From positions 82,420,228-82,484,227 of the forward strand of contig NC_068985.1 in the NCBI RefSeq assembly GCF_001194135.2: a stretch of DNA of 64,000 bases, given 5' to 3'. A program made the position numbers and the translations under genes. The DNA comes from Octopus bimaculoides. Taxonomy: Eukaryota. Under the pieces are notes generated by a model, which saw only the letters and a list, made by a program, of their open reading frames with translations, made no database searches and was not told the DNA's origin. Positions 52,085-64,000 of the stretch are shown here, in pieces (position 1 is the stretch's first letter; every line of letters begins with the position of its first letter).

Positions 52085-53900
52085 TATTTATGTATATGTG
52101 TGGGGGTGGGAGAAGGAGATTAAGCAACCTTAACTTTTATTAACTTTGTTCTGATTCAATACAAAAAGTTTTTCATGAAATTATAAAACCATTTGAATCA
52201 AAATATTGTTTATTTTAGACAATTTTTCAGTGATGACTTGATAGTTATTGGATGAAGTAGACCTACAACATTGAAACTAGGGACTTTCACTGTAAGAATC
52301 CGAAGCTGTGTGAATCAGGAGTTTAAGGATTTGATGAAACCCATCTAAAATTATGGATTTTGATGTTTAACAATATGGAGTACTGATGGTAAAAGCATGA
52401 AAATAGCAATTTTAGTGAATTTTTGGGTTGTTTGAATATGTTCAGAAACTATCAAACGTTAAGCTCAGTAAATTAATTCTGTTTCACAGAGTTTGTTATT
52501 TTTACTGTATCACAGTTATACTATTCATGTGAATTAAAGAATGTTTAGTTGAGTAAGGCTGATTACATATTCATATGTATCAAGAAATAAGTGGTGGAAA
52601 TATATGAAAAACAATTAATAAAAAAAACTAACTGAGGAGTTCTACTTGCTTTTCTCAAGAGTACAAGCAATGTCAGGGGATGATTAACTATAAAGCAGTT
52701 ACATGTTAATAAAAATCTTTGAAAAGCAACTTGCTCACATGTCTTTATATCAAAATTATACCTCTGGTAACAGAACATATTGATACATTTTCTAAGGTTC
52801 CATATTCAATATTTTACATTAGTCTTAAGTATAAAACCTATCATTAGTCATTTTTCAATAAGAAACAAAAAATTTCTACTATGATTATCTGACAAGGAAT
52901 TATTAAGAAATCTATGAATCTGTTGAGGCGTCATTATACTGATATCCATTAGAATTCCTTCTTGCTTATTGTATTAACAACACTTGAGCACTCTTTTCTT
53001 ATGACTATCTTTTGTTTAAATTAAATCCTGTATTAGAAAATTTCTGTACTAGAATTCATGGTTGAGTTGTTTTGGGATTTCTATTTTCTAATAATGATTT
53101 TTCTATAGCATTTCATGCATAAATTAAATAGAAGTAATTCTATTGTTAATATCTGGAGTTTATTCTAATGTGATAAAAAAAAATTGTGTGCAGAAATTTA
53201 AAAACAATTGCAAGAAATGAAAGCACCATGACTAAGTATTTAGATTTATTCAAATTCATACATAAAATATCACTATTCTTACTAGGCTGAGCCAAAATAA
53301 AGAAAGAATTAAAAAATACACTAGACTTCTAAAAAGTACAAAGAAATGATACTATGCAGAAAATGCATAAAGAAAACACATTTGTAGATCTAAATCAATA
53401 ATTCATATATATTTAAGATATGAATATGCAATATATAAATATTTTGAATAGTTCTAATTTTGATATTGTCTACAATAGAAATTAGTTGGTGGAAATGGCC
53501 TTCTTCAGAGTTTAGGGTCAGTATTAAAGCTCTAAATCTTTTCATATTTTTAGTTTATGTATGAATCTAAATAAATTAAAATTGTTGATTAGAAATGTTT
53601 CATTTGGATTTCTTGAACATACTAATTATCTCTTAACTTATATTTTAAAATTTGTCATTCTTTATTCATAAAAATTGAATACCAATATTTATATCTTTTC
53701 CTTTTTTTTCCCATTGCCACTTTTGATAATATGATATTTTAGTAGGTCACTTTTGCTTACTCATAGCACCAGAATTTGTAAAATAAAATTGAATTGGAAA
53801 CATCCTAGTAAGTTAAATTGGTTTTGAAAATCTTTTCTGCTAATTTAAATATTTAATCTAAGTATAAATTAACACTTTTCCAATTGCCATATACCATGAA

Positions 53901-53904
<4 letters not shown>

Positions 53905-53942
<38 letters not shown>
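53905..53942. repeat. (AT)n microsatellite
   Basis: Perfect AT run. Confidence 0.95.
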
Positions 53943-53945
<3 letters not shown>

Positions 53946-55335
53946 ATAAAATCTTGTATAACTAATAATATGCTATGTTTTTTAGATGATTTAATAATTG
54001 GATTTTTATTTTATTTTCAGGAAGTTTATTCTAGAAAGTTTTATATGAACATAAAAATATTCTATTAAAATACATGAGCATAATAGAACTTCATTTTGCA
54101 AATAAAATTGCTAGATATAAATATTTGTATGGATGATGGATATGTGTGAATCTGTGAGTTAGTAATCGATACAAATATTTATAATAAATATATTGAGTGA
54201 GGTATATTTCTTATAATTGCATTAAACTTTATTAATGAGCAAATTGATGATAATTTGTAATATTTAATATACTTCTTAAATAATTTAGGCTAGTAGACTT
54301 AGAGAATAAAGAAAATATTTGATAATTTAACATACGACTTTCAGATTTATTTTCTTTGCTAGTCTTAAGTGGAGTTAGATTGCAAGACAAGGCTAAGATG
54401 AGGTTTGTGTAGTTTGTTTAATGTAAATTATGGCCAAGGAAAAAAATGGATAGAAAAGGGTTTATAAGAGATGTAGGAGCAAAAACTATATTTGTCTGTG
54501 TATGGCTTGGAACATATTGCTTAACATCAACATATCATCTGCATTAAAATTCACTATATTCTTGTATATGATCTGATATATGTCTGAGTATATGATCTAG
54601 TATATGATTCAAACACATGAAACCCCCTATAAACAATGAAGGATGCAAAAGCATGTGGATTGGATAAATTCAAGTTACATGGGGTGCCAGAGAAGTTTAG
54701 ACAGCATTCCAGTTGGTGGTTTACAGGCAGTTGCTATATTCTTATATTTTTAACTAAAACACACACCCCTTATGAGTTTCAATTAGACTTTAAAATAATC
54801 ACAAATTTAGACTGATTTCATTAAACAACTAACTTTATTCATCAACATATTAATGTGATTTTTGGAACACAATTGAAGAAAAGGTTCTTAATCAATTCTA
54901 TTGCATAACTGTTGTCTCAAAGTGACTCTAATTAAGGTAAATTCAACAAAATATAAAATTTTGCTCAAACATCACCATATAAAATGAGTCAGCTAATATT
55001 CAATTGGGTATGCAATAAAATTTTAATATAGAATTGTGCTTGTCACTAGATTATCAGTTGAATTTAATGCACATATGAACAGGTGTACCATAAAAGTAAA
55101 ATAAAATGAAATATTGGAGTTTGCTTCTGAAGAAGGCTACAAAATGAAATACATCAACTAAATGAAATAAACTCACACACATACACAAATACCCAAAAAC
55201 ATATATAATAAAGATTTACAATAGAAATTAAATCAAAACTTGTCACTCACCTTACAAGCAAATTAAAATTGCAGGTAAATAAAAAATAAAAATGAAGTAA
55301 ATTTGAAAAATATTTATAAAATCAAATCATACACA

Positions 55336-55839
55336 NNNNNNNNNNNNNNNNNNNNNNNNNNNNNNNNNNNNNNNNNNNNNNNNNNNNNNNNNNNNNNNNN
55401 NNNNNNNNNNNNNNNNNNNNNNNNNNNNNNNNNNNNNNNNNNNNNNNNNNNNNNNNNNNNNNNNNNNNNNNNNNNNNNNNNNNNNNNNNNNNNNNNNNNN
55501 NNNNNNNNNNNNNNNNNNNNNNNNNNNNNNNNNNNNNNNNNNNNNNNNNNNNNNNNNNNNNNNNNNNNNNNNNNNNNNNNNNNNNNNNNNNNNNNNNNNN
55601 NNNNNNNNNNNNNNNNNNNNNNNNNNNNNNNNNNNNNNNNNNNNNNNNNNNNNNNNNNNNNNNNNNNNNNNNNNNNNNNNNNNNNNNNNNNNNNNNNNNN
55701 NNNNNNNNNNNNNNNNNNNNNNNNNNNNNNNNNNNNNNNNNNNNNNNNNNNNNNNNNNNNNNNNNNNNNNNNNNNNNNNNNNNNNNNNNNNNNNNNNNNN
55801 NNNNNNNNNNNNNNNNNNNNNNNNNNNNNNNNNNNNNNN
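55336..55839. other. Assembly gap (504 N)
   Basis: Run of N. Confidence 0.99.
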
Positions 55840-55847
55840 AAAAAGGG

Positions 55848-57589
55848 TTAACACAAACTTTTAACCCTTTTTTTTAAACCTAACAAAACTCTCAACTCTC
55901 ATGCATCCTTATTTTTCCTACCAATTTATACATGAACTACTATTGAACTACAAAAGCTCAAAGACAATATAATGTATGGGTATATTTATTTTTTTAATAT
56001 ATTATTTTCTTCATTTTGTACTTTTTTGTACTTCTTTGTAAAAAAACATTTTCATTCTCCTTCTTCTTGATAATTTGCTTCATCACAATGAAAACCGGTT
56101 AGAAAAAATCTTTATTAAATTATGCTTCCAGTTCAGCATTCTGGCTTTTTTTCATTTTCCTATATATATATATATATATACACTATTTATACACAATTCC
56201 TGTCAGGGAAAACATCTCACTCTACATAATGCAACCTTGCAGTATGCACATTGGAAAGCAATTTCAACTGGCCATCCACTGGGAGTTTTCTTTTATTCAT
56301 GTAGACATTCACAGTACTGTCTTTTGCAGCCCTCGAGTTTTTCTAATTTGTGGAGATTGACTGAATTCAGAGGTATAGCTCTCTGGCAGGTGTTGGTTTT
56401 CCTTCCTACTGTTATTTTTTGCTGGGTAATAACCTACCCTCAACTGCATTACTAAATCTGCTCAGAACTGCAGCTGGTCACAGACATGCATACCATAACA
56501 TAGTTCTCAGGGAGATTCAGCCTCACACAGAATGTGACAAGGCTGGCCTCTTTGAATTACAGTTATAACTCATTTTTGCCAGCTGAGTAGACTGCAGCAA
56601 GGTGAAGTACAAAGCCTTGCTCAAGAACACAGCATACTGCCGGGTATCATACTCATGACTTTATGATCATGAGCTGAATACCCCAACTACTGATCTATAC
56701 ACCTTTTCTCTCTTAACCGTAGAGAAAAGGAATGAAGCAACAGAGAAAGGAAAGCCTGTCATTTGAAATGACAATTAGACTGAAATGCGATCGATCTTTT
56801 CTAACTTCATTACTTTTAACAGCGAAGAAGAGGGACAGACATTTAGTAATGAATAGAGGGAAAGTTTTTCAGGTGCTTATGTTTTCATCCTGGGAGTTCT
56901 AGAAGGATCAAGTGTTAGTTCTCGCTTCTTTCCCCCACCCCTAGTACTTATTCACCTTGTTTGATAGTACTTCTGCTTTTAATTGGGGAGAAAGACCATG
57001 TTTTTTTTCGGACATGTTTAACATTTTCTCTACAAAGTACAAACAAGACTCCCTTCCTTTTTTTTTCATACAAAAACTAATGCAAAGAATCAACAAGGAG
57101 AATCTTTTCATGGAGAAATTCCAACCATTTCTTAACACACAAACCCCTCAGTGACCTTATTTCTCTAGGAAGAGACATAAACTTCCTGTTGACAAAAAGT
57201 TCATAACTCCAACCAAAGAGATTTGTCTCCCCTTACACACACTTCCTGTTTTGACACCACACTTCCTGCTTAACACATAAAACCTTTAGCTCCTTTTTTA
57301 AACCTAACACAACTCTCAATTTTCATGCATCCTTATTTTTCCAACTATTATCTACATGGTTTACCATTGAAATTTAAAAGCTCAAAGACAATATAATGTA
57401 TTGGTATATTTATTTTTTTATATATTATTTTTTTAATGTATTATTTTCTTCATTTTGTACTTCTTTGTAAAGAACATTTTCATTCTCCCTCTTCTTGAAA
57501 ATTTGCTATGCAATGAAAGCCGGTTAGAAATCTTTATTAAAATATGCTTCCAGTTTAGCATTATGCTTTATTATTATTTTTCATTTTCC
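55848..57589 (+). repeat. Diverged direct duplication of about 315 bp (55848-56160 and 57270-57589)
   Basis: Collinear blocks aaacctaac, catgcatccttattttt, aaaagctcaaagacaatataatgtat, ccggttagaaa and tatgcttccagtt, each copy ending ttcattttcc-(TA)n. Confidence 0.88.
56500..56705 (-). mobile_element. Decayed tRNA-derived SINE with CORE-like segment
   Basis: aatgtgacaaggctggcc...ccagctgagtagactg...ccttgctcaagaacacagc...ccgggtatcatactcatgac...gctgaataccccaactact (reverse of a tRNA head). Confidence 0.65.
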
Positions 57590-57637
<48 letters not shown>

Positions 57638-57828
57638 TCCCCACCACCACCACCACCACATCGCTTGACAACCGATGTTGGTGTGTTTACATCCCTGTAA
57701 CTTAGCTGTTTGTCAGATAGAATAAACACCAGACTTACAGGGAATAAGTCCAGGGGTCAAATTCTTTAACTAAAGGGTGGTGCTCCTGCATAGCCACAGT
57801 CAAATGGCTGCAACAAGTAAAAGAATAC
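57590..57828 (+). mobile_element. Same SINE family: microsatellite plus 3' half only
   Basis: (TA)(TG)n-tttgtcccc...catcgcttgacaaccgatgttggtgtgtttacatccc...gtcaaatggctgcaacaagtaaaag. Confidence 0.85.
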
Positions 57829-60003
57829 CAGAACATTCCGTATCACTAAGCCAAGAAGGTTCTTTGAATATGTATGATGTATTTTAAGGCTAAATAGTAA
57901 TTTTGTTTACATTTGCGCAACTGAGATATTTTGGTTCGATTATATAGTTATTGGTTCTACACTTCTTTCTATATTCTGTAACTGTTACAATATACAAACA
58001 TTTCTCATGGCACCAGCACACAATTTACAGATGCTTACATTTTCCGCAGGTCCAGCTAGTTAATAATGAGTATGGGCATGGATTGAATATTGTTCCTGAT
58101 TAATGAGTTGGCATTGGGACTTTGTTTCTATGAAATACTTAGTGCCCATATTTTCATGCTACTAGGGTAAATCTTTATAATTTGTATTGCAATATATTTC
58201 ACTTTGTCTCCATTCTTAGGGATTAAGTAGTATTGAAGTTTTTACCTCGATGAATCTTTTGTGTAGAGAGTGTGCAAGAAATTTAGAGTAATGTCAATTG
58301 CACAGAAGCATGTGTAACTAGAAGGGAATGTGCAAAGGTTGTACGATGAAAATATGGAAGAGGTTTTAAGATAAAACTGTATACTGAGATCTACCTAAAT
58401 TGATAGTTGGATAATTCACTTTGTGATGCAGTGTAATTTACTAAGGGTTTTTCAGCTCAAATTTTTAGTGTTAGATAAAGTTAGTGTGCAGCCAGCTTTA
58501 CCTGGCAGATCTCATGCTCTATATAACCGAAGGGTTTGCTGATATAGCTGGTGAGAATTGTGAATTTATTAATATTTTCAGCTTAGAAGCCAAATAAGTA
58601 TTGATATGCAATTTTAGGGGTCTTTAGTTTAGTAATATAGTTTTGTTTTGCTTACACAGCTTTCTTTTGCTTCAGTAATCATCATGATTATTGAAGAGAA
58701 GAAAAAATGAAAAAGAGGAGAATTACCTCTCAAATATTTTATATTGTAGTGAAAGACATTGGTTTCTATGAGAAAACCGTATATATTTAATGAATCGACT
58801 GCAATGACTTTGTGATGCATAAAAGATTAACTTTTGTCTATTACATTGATATAGAAGGATATGTGGCTGTGGTGCAGTGATTGGAAAATGTTATATACAT
58901 GAATAGATGTCTGGTTTAGAGGAGAATAAAATATTGAGAGTTTGTATAATCAATCAAGGATGGGAATATGATTAGGCTGTTCAGAATTTTAGTGATATTA
59001 GCTTTTGTATCTATTCATCTAGAATTGGAAATCGTGTCATGGTTGGCTATAGAAGTAAAAAAACACAATGTGATTACAGAATCTAATGAAAAAAAGTTAA
59101 TTTGCACTAACTTATATTCAATTGACTGATCTGAAAATTTGAACATATTTCAACACACATAGTGTGTGTATGGGGTGGGTGGGTTAGTACATGTGTGTAT
59201 GTGTGCATGTATCTATTGTCAATGCATATCAGTGAATGGTGCAAACATTAGTAATAGAAACAAAAAAGGCTCCTTTAAATACTTGTTCTACTCTGATGTT
59301 ACAAGCACTCCCTTGCCACTCTCACTATTAGAAATCTAGTGAACTACTAATTGGCCTGTAGAGTACTTGTATCCAGTGATGCTATTATTCATTAATTGCT
59401 AAATAAAAATTACAGATTTCTTCATGAACCAGTTGGACATATTCTGTAGGATTCTTATTTGTTATAATGTGAATTATATTTTGTTAACCAGAATATAAAC
59501 TGATTTAATTACTTTTATGTTACACAGAACTGTTTAGTTTTATTTTGATTTACTCGATCTTTTAAAGCCCATCACCTTCTAAGGATAATCATTTCTTAAA
59601 TAAGAATATAATTAATTTTTTAAAAATTAAACTTTTACCTAGTTGAAATTAAATTTACTTGAAAAGATGTAATTTCTGTTAACATTGCTCTAGTGTTAAA
59701 TAAACAATTTATCTAAAGTAAATCAGTAGCATTAATTTGTTTTGAGTATTCATTAACTCCAATGAAAAAGTTACTTGTGATCATACTATACAATACTTCC
59801 TGACTTAGTTCATATAGCCTCACTGAAAATACATATTCTTTTCATACACACATACAAGGAAGAGATGCTAAAATTTCCTTAGTATAAAATCTGTAAAAAT
59901 GTTTCAATGCAATTTTCTAGCAAACCTATTTTCTTAAAGGTTTCTTTGCTTCTCATTTAACTCTGTTACTTAGAATTTTGGTTTACATTGCATCTTATCT
60001 ACT

Positions 60004-60205
60004 TTAACCTTGTAGCATTTAAACTGGTCATATCTGGCCCCAATATTCTATCTGTTTTATGTTCAGACAAGCCAGATCTGACCTCTCACACCTATGCTAC
60101 CATGTCATTCTAAAAATAACCAATCACATCATCAAAATCTCGAAGGTACAAAATAATGCATGATTAATTCAAAACAGTGAGAATAAATAAACATTACATT
60201 TGACA
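60004..60205 (+). mobile_element. piggyBac-like MITE, right end missing
   Basis: Starts TTAA-CCTTGTAGCATTTAAACTGGTCATATCTGGCCC, resembling a TTAA/CCCTTT-ended repeat I recall from octopus. The terminal AAAGGGTTAA is absent in this copy. Confidence 0.55.
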
Positions 60206-60484
60206 TTAAACCAGATGTTACTTGTTTTCTTCATGAAATTGTCTAGCATTTCTTTACATCATAATAGAAATTGTAATATTTAAATAAAATTGGTTTGCTT
60301 TTAATATCAAAACAACTTATTACAGTTTATTCCAATTAGTTATGGATTTTAAAACTTCTCATCTAAGACTATTCTAAAGACATTCCTTTCCGCTTGAACT
60401 TCCCTGACCACAAATTAAAAAAAATAAGCATATGCTAATTTGAACTGCACTTTTTAAACATTTTCGATGACTAAGTAGGATGTA

Positions 60485-60715
60485 GTTTTGTTGTTGTGGT
60501 TGGTGTTTAGCTCAAAGGCCATCTTGATCGAGCAGACCTGTAGTCAAATACATATCTGTTGTAACCCTATGTCTAGGACTAATGCATCCAGTTTGTCCTT
60601 GTTTCAAGTTGGTAGAATGTGATTTGTGGGAAACTATTTGCTATTTCCGTTAAATCAAGCAACCATGAAACAGCTACCTTGTTGGCTCAGGCAACCAAGC
60701 AGCCGTGCCATCAGT
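60485..60715. mobile_element. Unclassified interspersed repeat, SINE-tail-like; a related fragment lies at 26325-26400
   Basis: gttgttgtggttggtgtttagctcaaaggccatcttgatc...tagtcaaa resembles ttgttgtttagccccaggtcatcctgat...gatcaagg at 26325. Confidence 0.45.
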
Positions 60716-61831
60716 TTGTAAAATAATAATTGTGTGATGATAAAGCTTTTACATTACAAAACTTTTCTTCTGTTTCTTAATTTAGGAGTAGTTTCAGAAT
60801 ATTGTACAATTGTGAAAACTATCAAAAATGGGTTTAGAAAATAGTATTCACTGTTAAGAGAAAGGGAAAAATTTTTGTTTTTTGATAAGTTGGTATTAGG
60901 AGAATAACTGAAAGGGTGAGGAATCATCTTGTGAAGATAAAATAGTACAGTTAAAATAATAGAGACAATTTGTTGTACTTAATTTGAGTGAGATGAGTGG
61001 TAGGTTCTCTGTGACGTAATAGGCAAATATTCAGCCAACAAGCAATATATATAGGTTTCAGTGGGCCTGTTTCAATCACAGATAGGTTGTTATATGTTTA
61101 ATATCCACTATTTACTTTCTTTTGAAGTCTCTGGTTGTTTGCAATTTTTGAACGTTTGATCATACTATAATCTATATTTTTGAACCATGTTATTTAATAT
61201 CTTTGCCCCTTGATTGTTGCTAACTACTAGTGGGGAAACTTTGAAGCAGTTTCTGCTAATAAGCTGGAAAAAGATAGTCAAGTTCCCTTCCACTTGTGAA
61301 TCAGAGAAAAATTTATATAGCACATCTCTTTTATTGATAATCATGCAGATTGACCAATGAAAAGTATGTACCTTTTTTGAATGAAATCAATAGTATGATC
61401 ACAACTGTGGAGAATATGATGAAAAGGAAGATATTATAACAGGTAATTTTGGAAATTATAAAGTTGAGAATTTTGCTGGATGGCCTTGATACCGATTGGA
61501 CATTCAATTTTCTCAAATCAGATACTATAAATTGTAAGAATAGGCACACTGTAATCCTGTATGTCATACAAGATGACTGAAAAGGTTAACAACAGGGAAA
61601 GCATCCTGCAGTAAAATACTGCCTTAAAAGCAGAACCATGAGCAGTACAATTAGAAAATTGCTATAGCAGGGCAAATGGTTTGAAAACGTTTCTTGCCAT
61701 TGTGTAGTATTTCAAAATATATTCAACTGTGATCATAGATAATGTTTAAGAAGATTCTGTTGGCAATTAAAATAATAATTTTACTAGCCTTGTGGGCATT
61801 TCAGAGGCAATATATTTTATGTAACTATTTT

Positions 61832-62160
61832 TTATCTTTTACTTGTTTCAGTCATTGGTCTGTGGCCATGTTGAAGCACCCCTTTGGAGGGTTTTAGTTG
61901 AATGCATTTTTTTAAAGCCTTACTCTATCAGTCTCTTTTACCAAATCACTAAGTAATAGGAATACCAACAAACCAACACTAGTTGTCAAGTAGTGAAGGA
62001 CACACACATGAAGACCACTGTTAATTTCTATCTACCAAATCTATTCACAAGGCTTAGATTGGCCTGGGGCTCTAGTAGAAGATATTTACCCAATGTGCCA
62101 CACAGTAGGACTGAACACAGAATCATGTAACTGGGAAGCAAACTTTTTAATACATAACCA
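61832..62160 (-). mobile_element. Same SINE family, older near-complete copy
   Basis: ttttatcttttacttgtttcagtcattgg tail, a short (CA) stretch, then the head ...ctaccaaatctattcacaaggc...tagtagaagat...gtgccacacagtaggactgaac. Confidence 0.78.
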
Positions 62161-63724
62161 CTTTAAATTTTTTATGAGATTACGAAAGGAATTGATATAT
62201 ATTACAGTCATGTTACTTATCAGTTTCACAGTTTTTATTTTTCCATTTTTTCTATTTTTTGTTTGTGTTGGCACTAAAGTTTTTGAGGGCCCAACATTGC
62301 ATTTCATTCATTAAGGATTGTTTTTTTTTTAAATTTTTGTTGTACTTTAAAAAATTTTGTAACATTAATAAACTGAAGTGTTGAATTGATTATGTATTTC
62401 CTCCACAAAATCTTGGCCTTATATCTCATTAAAGCAAATCATTATTCATAAGAATGAATATCATAAATGCTTTTGATCATATACAGGTACTGACATTAAA
62501 TTTTCCTTTTCATTTTAGATATTCATTTTAAAAGGTATTTATTTTTATTCATATTTGATGGATATACACACATACCCAATATGCATTATTTAAAGCTAAA
62601 ATTAATTCATATAAGCAGTAGATATTTGAGATGTTACTGCATCAATTACATGTGAGGTATTTATGTGTATTCTGATCAGCATAACAGATTTTATGTTAAC
62701 AAAATCTAAGGATGTATCAAAAACATTATTGATAGTCTGATTATTAAGAGCACATTACTGCTGTATTTGTATTATTTCATTTTCTTTTTATGAAACACTC
62801 CTTCACTTGTAAGAAGTGTAACATGTTAGCTTATGGGGAGATCTATGCTAGGTGTTTGCTGGAAGCCATTTAGCTATTGCAGTTTCCCTGTTCTTCTTGT
62901 ATAAATAAGTGTGTAATTTCACAAAATCCTAATTTTGACTATACCCACTTCCGCTGTTACTGAAAATTGCCTCAGTCATTAAACTATATTATGGATGCAT
63001 TTTTATCTTTCAAATTTTCTAAGACGTCTTTTGTTCAGATTTTATTTTTGAATAGATTTTTCATATTAGATTTGTTGATTGTTTTACTGTGATAACTACT
63101 TTTTAAAAATAATCTTGATAGAATATGTAGGAAATTATTTTCTTTTCACCTTAAGGCCAACAAGTAGGATTAAAATACAATAAACTATCATATGTACCTA
63201 GCATTGTCCTTTTTTTATTTTTATAACATCTTTTAAAATTCGCATTACTTTTTAGTTACAATGGTTCTTATTGTCTTTTTATGAATCTGCAATTGTTGAA
63301 GTTGGAAATCTAAAAACGATGTTTTAATTAGTATTATGAGGATTTACTCATTAGTTTTGTAATTTCAGCTTATTGTAAGAAGAAAAACATTCCTATTGTG
63401 AATGAATGTTCCTCTGTTCCTACAATTGATATTTGCAAGCATAATCTCTTGCAGAACACATAGATTGTGAAAAAAGTAGAATCAAATTAGTGAGGTCATA
63501 AATTTACTATCTGATTATTTGAAGAAATTAATGTAGAATTTAATAATTCCAGAATTTAAAAGTTTATTTTCTTAATAAAATAGAACAGTCACTTATTTAA
63601 TTATTAGATAAATTAACATATAAACTCTGTAGTCCAAGATTAAATTACTTCCTAAGTAATTTGTTTGTTTTTCTTTAATTGAAATGCATGTAGGTCATAA
63701 GAGTTACCTTGAGATCTACTATTC

Positions 63725-63967
63725 TTTTATTCTTTTACTTGTTTCAGTCATTTGACTGTTGCCATGCTGGAGCACTACCTTAAAGGATTTTAGTCGAAGA
63801 AATTTATCCCAGAACTTATTCTTTGTAAGCGTAGTACTTATTCTATAGGTTTTTTTTGCTAAACTGCTAAGTTACAGGGATGTAAACACACCAACATCTG
63901 TTGTCATGTGATGGTGGGGGACAAATGCAAAAACACACACACACACACTCACAAGCACACACACGTT

Positions 63968-64000
<33 letters not shown>
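63725..64000 (-). mobile_element. Same SINE family: 3' half plus microsatellite running off the window end
   Basis: ttttattcttttacttgtttcagtcatttgactg...gtaaacacaccaacatctgttgtc...ggggacaaa-(CA)n(TA)n. Confidence 0.85.

Noticed and set aside
52330-52390. DETHLKLWILMFNNM as a possible FUZ exon 3
   Set aside because: In-frame stops on both sides, wrong phase, and no donor after ATG.
55125-55160. CTGAAGAAGGC...GAAA as a hammerhead
   Set aside because: Stem II has no complementary strand.
55303-55854. ORFs of 182 and 175 aa
   Set aside because: Almost entirely X residues from the assembly gap.
57910-58100. Two phase-compatible minus-strand mini-exons (GTIFNPCPYSLLTSWTCGK / TEYRKKCRTNNYIIEPKYLSCAN)
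   Set aside because: The intron would be 57 nt, the second donor is weak and there is no recognisable homology; consistent with chance.
61349-61437. Possible terminal exon LTNEKYVPFLNEINSMITTVENMMKRKIL*
   Set aside because: No similarity to the FUZ C-terminus or any protein I recognise; weak acceptor.

Overview
Very AT-rich, microsatellite-rich eukaryotic DNA with two assembly gaps (32766-33743 and 55336-55839). The repeat families resemble those I recall from octopus genomes, so a cephalopod origin is likely; this is an inference. Almost all ORFs in the supplied track are spurious or are transposon fragments. The only host coding sequence I can identify is one 122-nt internal exon of fuzzy (FUZ, CPLANE complex) on the + strand at 37564-37685. 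I could not find its neighbouring exons in the window. The rest is intronic or intergenic DNA filled with decayed elements: a Chapaev3-like DNA transposon, a DD37D (maT) Tc1/mariner with both TIRs, a DD34D mariner, a pogo fragment, MITEs, CR1-like and RTE-like LINE fragments, and several tRNA-derived SINE families. The most interesting signals are two hammerhead-ribozyme-like motifs of the Penelope-like element (PLE) type. One forms the 3' part of a tRNA-headed SINE (15834-16071). The other (31963-32018, minus strand) lies next to a 114-bp direct repeat. I found no rRNA, true tRNA gene or CRISPR array.
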